Of a DNA stretch of 64,000 bases, positions 37,658-48,559 are shown piece by piece. The DNA is taken from positions 62,001 to 126,000 of the forward strand of contig MEDY01000011.1 of the NCBI GenBank assembly GCA_001724265.1, written 5' to 3'. The position numbers were made by a program, and so were the translations under genes. Each line of letters starts with the position of its first letter. The first letter of the stretch is position 1. The notes below the pieces were generated by a model. The model was not told where the DNA came from. It was given only the letters and a program-made list of their open reading frames with translations, and searched no databases. This stretch comes from Rhizaria sp. SCN 62-66. Taxonomy: Eukaryota.

Positions 37658-38062
37658 ATGTCTGACGAGGCTGCCAAGCACCTGCGCCCCGCGAACGCGG
37701 AGGAGGTCAACGTGACCTTCGCTGACCAGCAGCTCATCAACACCTTCGGCCGCCTGCACGTCAAGTCGCTCGAGCTCGAGGACCAGATGACCGTGAAGAA
37801 GCAGGAGCTTGACAACATTGGTGACTGCGCCGGCGACATCGAGAACCTCTTCGACGAGGACGCGTGCAAGATCAAGATCGGTGAGATCTTTTTCGAGGTG
37901 TCGAACGAAGAGGCGCTCGAGTTTGTGCAGAAGAAGACTGAGAAGATCAAGAGTGAGTACAAGGAGATGGCTGAGCAGCAGAACAAGATCAAGAAGGAGC
38001 TCGACACCCTCCGCGCCTCGCTCAAGGCCAAGTTCGGCAACTCCATCAACCTCGAGGCCTGA
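37658..38062 (+). CDS. PFDN4: Prefoldin subunit 4, 134 aa
   Basis: VNVTFADQQLINTFGRL, KIGEIFF and the C-terminal LKAKFGNSINLE signature. Intronless, with strong codon bias. Confidence 0.95.
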   Translation: MSDEAAKHLRPANAEEVNVTFADQQLINTFGRLHVKSLELEDQMTVKKQELDNIGDCAGDIENLFDEDACKIKIGEIFFEVSNEEALEFVQKKTEKIKSEYKEMAEQQNKIKKELDTLRASLKAKFGNSINLEA

Positions 38063-38504
38063 GTGCGGTGCCCGCTAGACTCACGTCACGCAGCTTGAGC
38101 TCAAACTTTCTGTCAAACCTTTGCAATCAGAGTTACTTGGTGCACTGGCGAGCTATGTCACATGTCGTGTGATGGAGCGTGAGTGCGTTGTGGAGACTTG
38201 CTGCTGTTGAGTGCTGTGCGTGTCTGTGCGTGAGTGTTACGCTGTGAATCCTTGTCGCTACTGCTGCTGAATACTGAGAGCTGTAAATACGAGCATGGGG
38301 CCATCCAGAAGCTTTCGTTTGCTGACTTTGTCGGAATACACTCAAGCTTCTTCGCATTATAACAATTCAAACGTGTGAAACTCAATTTTTATTTCCTCAT
38401 ATTAAGACTATAAAACTACTCGTATGTACTACGTAATGTACGTCACTGAACTAAGCTAATTTCTAGCATTCCTTGCACTCGACCACAGGACTGTGAGTCC
38501 GGCT

Positions 38505-40372
38505 TCACATGAGCAAGTCGGGCGACACGTCAGCGACCTTGCTGGGGACCCACCGGTGGCCCACCACCTCGAAGCTCCTGAAGTCGGCCGCGGTCTCGAC
38601 CACGGTCTTGCCTCCCGCAGCGGCGACCACGGCCTCGGCCTCGAGTTTGAGGTCCGTGACGTTGAGCAGCCGCGACGCGCCCGCGATGCCGCCGCCGCTG
38701 CCGGGGGCGGAAACCGTGGGCGAGACCGCCGCCAGCGGGGACATGACCGCGGCCGGGGTCGAGCACGACACGGACATGTGGCCGTGGCCGTGGCTGTGGC
38801 AGTCTTGGCCTGACGCAGCAGCCGTTGCAGTCGTGGCAGCGGAGTTTTTCTTGGAGTGTGCGCACGTGTTGCCGTTATCGTCGCACATCGCCTTACCCTC
38901 ACTGGCACTGGCAGTGGCACTGGCACTGGAGCTGGGCGCGTTGTTGATGAGATTCACGACAGTGTTAAGCGATGTGGCCGACGGCGCGAGGTCCTGGAAG
39001 TAGATCTGCCCGTCGTCGCGCTTCTCCAGCGTCTCACGGATGTAGCGCGACGAGAAGTGCGTAAGAATGAGTGTTTCAGCGCCCGCCGCGAGCGCCATCT
39101 TGGCCGCCATGACCGTGGTCGAGTGCCCGCGCTCTACGGCCACCTCCTCGTTGACCGCGGCGTCGTAAGTGCACTCGTGGATCATCAGCGACGAGCCCAA
39201 CACCTCGGACAGCGCGGGGGACGCGTCGTGCGTGTCCTGAAGGAACGAGACCTTCTTGCCCGGCTGCGGGGCCGAGATGACGTCGGCGTAGCGCACGACA
39301 CGCCCGTCGGGCAACGTCACGTCGCGGCTGGCCTTAAGCTCGCCCATCAGCGGGCCTGACGGCACACCCAGCGCGCGCGCGCGGGCGCCGTCCAGCTTGC
39401 CCGGGCGCGCGTACTCCTCCAGCACATAGCCCACGGTTGGCACGCGGTGGTGGATCTGCGCGCTGCGCACGCGGATGCCCAGGTCTAAAGCGAGGTCGAG
39501 TGCGAGACAGAGTGTGGAACATCAAAACAAATATGATAAGTGATTGGATGAAAAGTGATATTGTGAGAGGGAAAAAAGAAGATTTCGAGGAGATACAAAG
39601 TGATGTCATGAAATAACAGTGAAGTATACATTTTGTTAAACGTTTTGTTCACTCCTAAAGATGGAACGTACGTTCGAAGGCGGCATCAAGGCAGGTGACC
39701 TCGGTGTCTGGCACCTCGTAGACGTGCAGCGGATAGCGCAGGGCCGTGGTTGTGGCCATGAGCACAACGCGCAGCGCCTCGGTGATGCCGACGGGGCCGA
39801 CGACGGTGACTGGGGACTCGCGCTTGTTGGAGCTGAGCGTGGCGAGCAGCCCGAAGATGCCGAAGAAGTGGTCTCCATGCAGGTGTGTGATCAGGATCGC
39901 CTCCACGGAGGAGAACTTGCACGTCCGCGACCGCATGATCTGGTGCTGCGTGGCCTCGCCGCAGTCGAGGATGATGGACGCGCCCGAGGTGAGGGTCAGC
40001 AAGGCGGCACTGACGTTGCAGCGGCCGGGGCACGGGATGGCTGTGGAGTGCAAGGGCGCACAGTGCGAAACGAGACAGAAAGTGGTGTAGAGAGATAGGA
40101 TTTTAGCACATTGAGATAACATCCAATCATAGAAGAAAGTGCAAGACTGAACATAATGGCGTTAAGTTTCACTTTGTTTTGAGTTGTTTTAACGTACCAG
40201 AGACGGTTCCTAAGAAGGTAAGCTTGCGGAACTGAGGCGCCATGCGGACCTCGTTGATGTAAGCCTCTTTGATGAACACCGGCGCGGGCTCATTCTCGTC
40301 CACAAAAGGCGGGAACTCGGTGAACTTGTACGGCAGCACGGGGGCCTCCTGGTTCTCCATCGGGGCAGACAT
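38505..40372 (-). CDS. Ribonuclease Z, short form (ELAC1/RNase ZS-like), 507 aa; exons 40372-40198, 40040-39672, 39484-38505
   Basis: LTFLGTVSAIP..RCNVS, LDCGEATQHQ, ITHLHGDHFFG, HRVPTVGY, GP-type exosite LGVPSGPLMGELK, QDT, HECTY, GHST, LTHFSSRY. Two phase-1 GTACGT..AG introns keep the frame. Confidence 0.93.
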
Positions 40373-41164
40373 GGCGGTGACAGCGGCAGTGGCGGCGGCG
40401 GCGGCGTCTGAGTTGTGGTGGAGAGGGCGGGAGGGGGAAAAGGGGCGTGCCGACAGGGAAGCTAAGCGCGAGGGAGTCAAAAAGCTGTTGAGGGGCTAAG
40501 TGACAAACGCTTTCGCTGCTATCGAAGTAGACAGAAGCTTGGGCGCGGAGGTGGAGAGGCTGGAGGAGGAGAGGAGCGGAGCTGTAGTAGTGAGTTTAAC
40601 TAGAGACCGGACCGAACGCCCAAACATACACCCAGGGTCAAAGGTAGACGCGCTGGGATTAAATCAAAACAACAAAAGACTGTCGGTTCACGAAGTCGCT
40701 ATAAATAACAGCGAGGTCGTTCCCAACGGATTCCTTTCGGCGTTTCAAACACCTGTTAATCACACCCCATTCCGCATCTCTCTCAGTCCACCACAAACGT
40801 GTTTTCGTAACTCCTTTCACATGCCGCAACCACAAACGCAATTCAGGACATGAACGCGCGTATGTGACGTGTCTGCAGCATCCCCGCTGTTGACTGTCAT
40901 TCGATTGTCTTGATTCAAGTTCCACAGCAGACTTGAACACTACCGCACATATCCCGCAAATGTCATACGTTGTAACACGTAACAGTTATGAACACCAGCA
41001 ACATGAAAAGCAACCAAGTGGATGAGATTTTGTATGAAGTTCACTATATAACACAGTTCAGACTGAGCAAGTCACGATGACACAGCGCCATCGCCTAGAG
41101 CATCAATGTTGTTGCGTTCGATTTGCTGTTCGTTTAGTTCGCAGCAAACTGATCACGCAGTCAC

Positions 41165-44100
41165 TCAGTAGCCCTGCTTCTGCTTCAGCGCGCTGGCCAG
41201 ACTCTCCAGCCGACTCGCCAAATCGCCCCCACCCCCGCCATCACTGGCGCCGCTAAGAGCCGAAGACACCGCCGCCGTGTGGGCCGCAGTGAGGCCAAAC
41301 TCTGCGTCGATGTCGTCGTCGTCGTCGTCCATACCGGCAGCGAAACCTCCGCCGCGAGCGAACGTCTTGTTGGCGTCGTTCTTCGCGGCGATGTCGTCAT
41401 CCGAGTCTGGTTCCGGTGCAGAGTCGAGCGACTGCAGCAGCGCGGCGGCGCGGGCGCGGGCGGCCGCAATCTTGTCGCCACTGCTTCCGCTGCCACTGCC
41501 ACTGCTGCTGCTGACGCTGCTGTTGCAACCAGCAGTAGACTGAGCCGCGCTATGCTGTTGCGCAATAGAAGCCTTCGCAATCACAGACCCAGCAGTCGCA
41601 CGATCGGCGTTCGGGATGGCATTAAGTTTAGCCGCCGGCGCGGTGGTAAGCTTCGCCGTCAGTGCAGGGGCGGCGGACACCGGCGCGCGCGCGTGCTGAG
41701 CCGGAACCCCGACCGAGGAGAAGGCGGCGGCGCGGCCGCTGGCGATCGCACTGGGGGCCGCGGCCACACTAGGGCTGGAGCCGGGGCCAGAGGCTAGGGT
41801 GGCAGAGACAGGGATGTGAGTCACAATGGCAGTGGCAGCAGAGGCTGCGGAGTTGTGGAGGGTGGACTTAGGGACGAGTTGGCCGTTCCTGAAGCGAGAT
41901 GAACAAATGCAAGAGATATAAACAAATGGGGATGAGTGAATAGAAAAGACTACGCAATAAAGAATCATTAACAAAAGATATACTTTGCGTTCCAATTTGC
42001 TGATGTTATGATGACGATACATACCTGTACTCAACACTCGCGGGCGCACGTCCAGCCCTCTCGTACTCGCTCTCCTCCAGCTCGGCCGCTGTCACAGCAC
42101 CAGCGGCACCAGGAGCAGTGCTCTTGAAAGCGGTCGCCGAGAGCGCCGCGCGGTCGACCTCGATGGTCGTCGCGGCCGCCCCCGCCCCCTCATTAAGGTC
42201 GCCCGCCTGCAGCGCCGTGAGCGTCATGCGCGACGAGCGCAACCCGCCGCCTACGACGATGCGGCCACCCTCTGGGGCCGCTACACTGCTACTGACGCCA
42301 GCGCCAGTGCCAGTGCCAGTGCTGGGGCGTGAGACTGAGCGGGGCACAGAGGCCGCCGCAGAGGCTGTGGCAACAGCAGAGGCAGCGGCTGAGGCGCTGG
42401 GAGTCGTTGGCTTTGCAGCAGAAGCGGGAACAACGATGGCTGACACGGCGGGCTTTGCTGTGGCAGCTGGCTTTGAAGCAACAGCATTCGCAGTTGACGC
42501 AGTCCCAGCAGCAGCTTTCGGCTTACTCGCAGTTGCAGTTGCAGTTGGAGATGTAGCCGCAGTCGCATTCGGACGCGGGGTGGCCGAGGGCGGCTTAACT
42601 TCCGCAGCAGACGACTTAGCTTTAGTGCTGCTGCTGTTGCCGTCTTCTGACTCACCGAGGTACTTCGAGCGGATCCGACTGACAAGGTCGCCGTAGCCCG
42701 TGGTGCGAGAGCTTGGAGCAACAGTCGACAGCGGCGCTGCAGGCGCAGTCGCATGCGCCGCATTCGTCGTCGCATTCGCCGGCGCAGTCGCCGGCGCCGG
42801 CGCCGTCGCTGCGGTCGTCGTACTTAGTGCCGCATGAGATGCGTTGCTGTTGTTGCTTGTGCTGCTGCTAGGACGGTCCTTGCCAGCCGGGGGGGCATTG
42901 ACACTTGCACTCTTGCTGCATCCAGCACTGGCATTCGCGCCAACAGCCGCGCTAGTGCCCACGCTGCTAGCGTTCGTTGCAGAGCGAGAAGTTTCGTTCG
43001 CCTTGAGGCGCGCGAACAGCGAGCCTGCACCTGCGACACCGCTACTGGAGCCAGCGTCAGCGCCAGAGCTAGAGCCAGTGCCGGGGCGGCTTGAGTACCC
43101 AGCGCCGGTCACAGCATCTCCCTTGCCGTGACCGGGACTCGCAACAAGGTTCACGTACGCATGGGGACTACTGGCATGTGTACCAGCATGCGTTCCCGAG
43201 TGTGGCCCGGACTGCGCAGCGGAGCCGGTGCCCGAGGGCGGCCGGTTGAGCGGGGCCAGGACCGCCGGCGGGACTATGGCGCCACTGCCCGCGACGGCGC
43301 CACCAGCAGCAGCGGCTGCGGCCACGGAGGACGGCGGCCGCGAGCCCGCCGCAGCGCCGCTCACACCGCCGCGCTGGGGGGTACTTAGACTGGCACTTAC
43401 CCCGCCTGCGCCGCGCGCTGAGGCCAGGGAGGAGCGCGAGCCCGGGCGCGCCACGGCCAGCGGCGCCAGACCAGCGCCGGAGGCGGCCGCGGACGCAGAG
43501 GTAGCGACGGAGGCGGTGGCCGCGGCAGCGGAGTTGGGCGTTGCACCGCTGCCGGCGCGCACAGGGCCGTAGGAAGGGTTGGTGCCGCCGGGGGCATTAA
43601 CCGCAGTCGCTGACCTGAGGGCGGACTTGCGGGCTGCGAGACCGCCCGTCGTAGCCGCGGCCGCAGCCGCAGACGCAGTGGGAGTGTTAACTGTGGTGGC
43701 GCCGCTTGAGGTTGAGGCGGGGCCGAACGAGACGGCGCGCTTGTCAGGCGTCGCAGCATTGTCACCATCGTTGTCATCATCGTCATAGTCAGCATCAATA
43801 TCGTCATCATCATCGTAGTCTAAAGCAGCGGCGTCGGCGTCATCAGCGTCGGCGTCGGCGTCAGGGCCTGACAGGAGGTCCAGATTCGCATCCACAAGCG
43901 CCTGCATGCCGCTACCGTTGCCGCCCTTGGCGACACCACTGCTGCTTCTATCGTCATTATCGTCATTATCGTCGTCGTCATCATTAAGCGTGACGCCGGG
44001 CCCCAGCAGCGCGGGCGCGCCCTTCTTGCCGCCGCCCTTCTGTTTCCCACCGCGTGCAGCAGTCTGAGCACTGCTGCTGAGCGCGGGGCCCAGCGAGGCG

Positions 44101-44774
44101 AGGGTGGTGTCGTAGAGCTCCTTGAGCTGCGTCTGGCTCTGCGCGGCGGCGGCCTTGCGCTCCTGGAGCCGCGCCAGCGCCGCCGAGAGCCCTGCAAGCG
44201 TGTCCGACTGGCCTGTGTCCGTGCGCGCGAGGCGGGAAACGGTGGTAAACGACGCCTGGAGCGAGAGTAGGGCGGCGGTGTCGCGTTTCGCGCGGACCTC
44301 ATCGCTCACAGTGTCGTTGTCGCCGCCATCGTTGTCGCCGCCATCGTCGTCATTGGCATCGTCGTCGTCGCCGTCGCCGGAAACTGCGGCAAGCGCGCGG
44401 GCGAGCGCGGCGTCATCGTCGCCGCCGTCGTCAGCAGCAGCGATGTTGCCGTTCTTCCCGTTCTTGCCGTTCGTGGTGGTTCCAGTGACAGCAGAGGCGG
44501 CGACGGGGGCAGAGGTGTGGCGGGTCACAGCGCGCGCGGCGCCGCCGCCGGGCCGCGGGACAAGGATAACAGCGTTCTTCACAGCTGGGTGCGCGGCGGC
44601 GACGGTGGCGGCGTTGGGCGCGGCCCGGGGCGCGGCGGCGCCGGCGCGGGCAGCGGCCAGCGCGGCGGGCAATGGCGCGGCGTCGATGTGTACGCCGGCC
44701 TCGTAGCTCGCGCGCAGCTCGTCGAGGGAAACGTTCTCGTCGAAGATCGCCGCAAGAAGGTTCTCGTCGTCCAT
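41165..44774 (-). CDS. Unknown low-complexity protein (Ala/Ser/Gly/Asp-rich) with short helical segments, 1157 aa; exons 44774-42025, 41888-41165
   Basis: Long open frames joined by a phase-2 intron GTATGT..CAG. Probable start MDDENLLAAIF at 44774. No recognisable domain. Confidence 0.7.
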
Positions 44775-45497
44775 GGGGGGAGTGAGAGTGGGCCGAGCTC
44801 TTGGGCCGGGCTGGGGGGGCGGGAAAGCGAAAGCAAAGGCCAACGGTTCGTTTGAGTGGAATCGAAATGTTTGAGGTTCATACACAGCAGGGAGACCGAC
44901 AATAGACATACGATAAAGAGATAATATCAGAATCAAGGCTTTAAATACTAATGCGTAATTATATATGTATATGGTTCAATTTCGAGTCAGTGTACATAAT
45001 ATCTTACACCGTCCAGTGCAACTCACTAAGGAGCTTCGTGAAGAGTGACTGGCGGTAGCTTGGGGAGTGACATTATCAATGCGAATAGGAATAGATGCGA
45101 CGAGTGAAAGATGACTTTGTATCAAATGGGTCCCAGAAAACACTTATTAGTCTGAGAGTATCCTGTGAGAGCCTCTGAGCGCCCTTACATAACACGGCTG
45201 AGCATCAGAGGCCTCCTCGAGTCGATTTTGTTCTTGTATGGGTTGCGCCCGTTCCGCGCTTCGGCGCGGGCGGCGCTCTTTAAGAAGCGGCCACGCAAGT
45301 ACCACACAGCACCGCGGGGTTGGCTGAGTGCACGCAAAGCTCGCCGGTACAGTGTAACGGTCAACGGCGAGCGCAGCGTGCCTGGGCGCGCGGAGGCAAG
45401 GCGTGGCAGCGGCTGCGACTGGTTCGATCGAAGCCGAGCAGCACTTGTTGTGTGCGAGCAAACACGCACACACGCGCTTGGTGACAAGGCGGCGCGC

Positions 45498-46105
45498 TTA
45501 GTCGTGGTTAATCTCAGGAAGCATGAGCGGGTGCCACTGCATCAACCATGCGCAGATCCACCTAAGGTGATGAGAGAGAGAAAGCAAGGAAGAAAGAGAA
45601 GAGTTGAGTGAGCCAAAGTCCGATTAGATCAGAGTCCGTTAGAGCGCCAACACGAGCGCCTGCTGGCGCAGCGGGGCGGCTATAGGGTGTTGGGGGACGT
45701 ACGGGATCCACAGGCAAACTGCCGCAGTGATGATGAGCGGGAACGCCATGCTGAAGCAGGAATGAGAGAAGAAAGGGGCAGTGACGAGGTTAAGGTGAGC
45801 GCATTGATTAGAACGGATCTGGAGAGACGCGATAAAGACTAGACAAAACAACAGTAACGCAGGGTTGTTGCAGCAGTGTATTAAAACACTGGCAAAGTGG
45901 TTGCACAAGTACTGCGCGCGATTGGCGAGCGCGCATACGGTGGGAAGGAGGAGGAAACGTACCGGTGGTAGGGGTTCTTGCCCTTGAGCATCAGGACGTA
46001 GCTGACGATACAGGCGACGACAGCGACGGCCGCGTAGCCGACGGTGCCCCAAAGCAGTGGCCAAGCGTTGGCCTTGGAGATGATGGGGGGTAAGGGGGTC
46101 GACAT
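45498..46105 (-). CDS. ATP6V0E: V-type H+-ATPase V0 subunit e, 84 aa; exons 46105-45963, 45750-45703, 45561-45498
   Basis: The spliced product has two TM helices and ends ITAAVCLWIPWICAWLMQWHPLMLPE, matching the subunit e pattern (T.VC.W..W...L.Q.[HN]PL..P). Two GTACGT..AG introns. The last exon is absent from the ORF track. Confidence 0.9.
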
Positions 46106-46509
46106 AGTCGAGCCTGCAAGGGACGCAAAACGGGGCACAGAGTGAGTGTGACAGAGTGAACAATGAACACAGGAAGCGATACTAAATGTCCGTTCTCTCG
46201 CCACAGTATCCGTCGGTTGCAGCGTGAAAGAAAAGATAACATACTTCGCAACACATTACATCTAAATATCAAATAAATATGTTATTGTCTAATACTTTCA
46301 TCCTCCAAAACGAATTTGTCGAGGTTGCCCACGTCTTTCTTCGGTCGTCGATCGATCGTTCGCTGCAGTCAGTCGTCGGACGGGCGGGTTCGTGAAAAAT
46401 GGTCGGACTTAACTTTGGAACCAAAGTGAGTGAGCGACCGAGCCAGAAGCCAGAAGACGAGACGATCGAAGGCTGAGCTTTGTTTGCCCCTTTGCACACC
46501 AAAACTGCA

Positions 46510-47761
46510 ATGTTTTCCCGCGCTGTGAAGATTTCCGCTCGCACTGCCACCTCGGCTGTTGCTCGTGCCTCTGTCGCCGTCCCCACTGCTGCGTACGTCC
46601 TATATCCCACCCCTTTGTTTATTTCCTCACCGGGCTCTCGCTCACCCCCCAACGCCTTACTTTGAAACGCCTGTACATCCTCCGCCAAGACTGTATAGCG
46701 ATTTAGTGCTTTTGGATAGATACCTACTGATATAACATATTATCCAAATATGTTTTCCGCGCCATCACCTCCTCACGTCACCCGCCCTATTCCCTTCTTT
46801 GTCCGTTCGTCTTAATGTTTGCACCCACGCTCTTGCTCGTAACAGTGGCAAGTTCTCCACTGCTGCCTACCCCGTCGTCCCCGCTGGCGCGTCCTCCATG
46901 GACATCGGCAAGATGATCGACTGTACGTTCCTCCTCTCCACCGTCCTTATTTCTATCACCAAAGCCATTGTATTCTCCGTCGCTGAGCCGGCTGAGAGTC
47001 AAGCTCAATCTTTCTTCTTTCACTTGCGCCTTTGCTCACACTCACACACTATTCTTTTCCAATCGTTCCACCGTTTGCTCTTTCTTGCAGGCTACAACCA
47101 CAAGGAGGTCGACTCCAAGAAGACCTTCTTCGCTGGCCTCGGCGAGGTTATCAAGGAGAACGGCTGGTACCCCTTCATCGGCCTCGGTGCTGCTGCTCTG
47201 CTCACCAAGGAGATCCTCCTCGTTTCCCCCGAGATCCTCGTCATGACCGACTTCATCGCCCTCGCCGGCGCCGGTTACATCCTCGGTGCTGAGGCCATCG
47301 AGACCTCGCTCCACAAGGAGCGCGCCGAGTACATCGACAAGGTCAACTCCGTCTTCGATGCCCGCATCGAGATCGTCAAGGCCCACATCGAGTCGTGCAA
47401 GGCCGCCCTCGCGCTCCCCGACGTCGTCACCGAGGCCAACGCTGCTTTCATCGAGGCCAACGCCGCCGCCGCCAAGGCCCGCGACCTCGTTGCGCGCCAG
47501 AAGCACCGCGATGCGACCGTGTCCCAGCTCACCGGCCTCTTCAACAAGGAGCAGGAGCGCCTCAACGCCATCCGCGAGGCCGTGCTCTCCAAGTCCAAGG
47601 ACTACGTCATGGCTCAGGTCTCTACCCCGGCCGTCAAGTCCGCGCTCCTCAAGGAGGCCATCGCGCTTGTCGGCGCCAAGGAGGACAAGACCGGCACCTT
47701 CGCCGCCGTCGACGCCCTTATCACCGAGGCCGTCAAGAAGGCCAAGGCCTCCTCCGCGTAA
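46510..47761 (+). CDS. ATP4: Mitochondrial F-type ATP synthase subunit b precursor, 276 aa; exons 46510-46592, 46846-46922, 47091-47761
   Basis: Presequence-like N-terminus (MFSRAVKISARTATSAVARAS), hydrophobic segments around LLTKEILLVSPE (compare LSKEI..I..E in subunit b), then a long helical stalk. Highly biased codons. Two GTACGT..CAG introns. Confidence 0.78.
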
Positions 47762-48559
47762 GCGCAGAAGCCGTCCTTCTCTTCGTCTTCACCTTCGTCT
47801 GCTTTTATGCCTCTACAACATCTGCGCTGCTCTCGCCGGCCTCGCGCCGTCGCGTCTGGGCGCCGCGCCTCGCACTTGCACTCGCACGCACTAGTGGCTG
47901 ACTGTCTCTGCGACACCGCTCAGTGACTGTGCCACTGCTGCGAGCGCGAGCGCGGGTGTGGGAGGCTTATTTACGTCGGGGCGGACGCGTCTGGTACGCC
48001 AGGAACGCGTCTGCGTCGGTTGAAGTGGGCGATGTCAACAGCCTCGTTTGCTGCGACAGCTCGCTTCTCTTTACAAAAACAACTCTTTTTTTTTCGTAGT
48101 GCAACTTTACAGCCGCACGCAACATCTGGTGCAGTGACGTTTGGGTTTAAGAACGCTCTGTGCTTTGGGAAAATACACTAATATCAATTTTATACCTCTT
48201 CTCCCTGTTTATGTTGACAATTGCTCATCTTTAGCTCGTGAAGCCTCGATTCTATCCTAGACGAGCGATAGCCGTTGAGCAGCGTTCCGAATTCGAAAGT
48301 AGTCAGACTTTGCAAGTCAGTATCTCTGTCAATCGATCGACAATAGCTCCTGAATTTAAGTATGTATTACAAACATGAGTGTTATAGTACATATTATTGC
48401 TTAATCTTTTTCTGCTTCTTATATACCTCATGTTGAGTGCAGACTTAAACCGGAAATCTTGAGGGCACTCCCTGCGTTGTCCCTCATTCGACTTCTCACG
48501 CCGTTTAATCGTAGCAAGCTCTACCAATTGACGCCACCTCCGGCGCTGACAATTACCCA

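Noticed and set aside
45147-45487. ORFs downstream of V-ATPase subunit e
   Set aside because: They fall in the likely 3' UTR once the true last exon (45561-45498) is placed; no motif support.
46340-48345. TCGATCGA palindromes upstream of ATP4 and CDC16 as a promoter motif
   Set aside because: Only a few copies, and the sequence also occurs outside promoters (for example ~45425); not distinguishable from chance.
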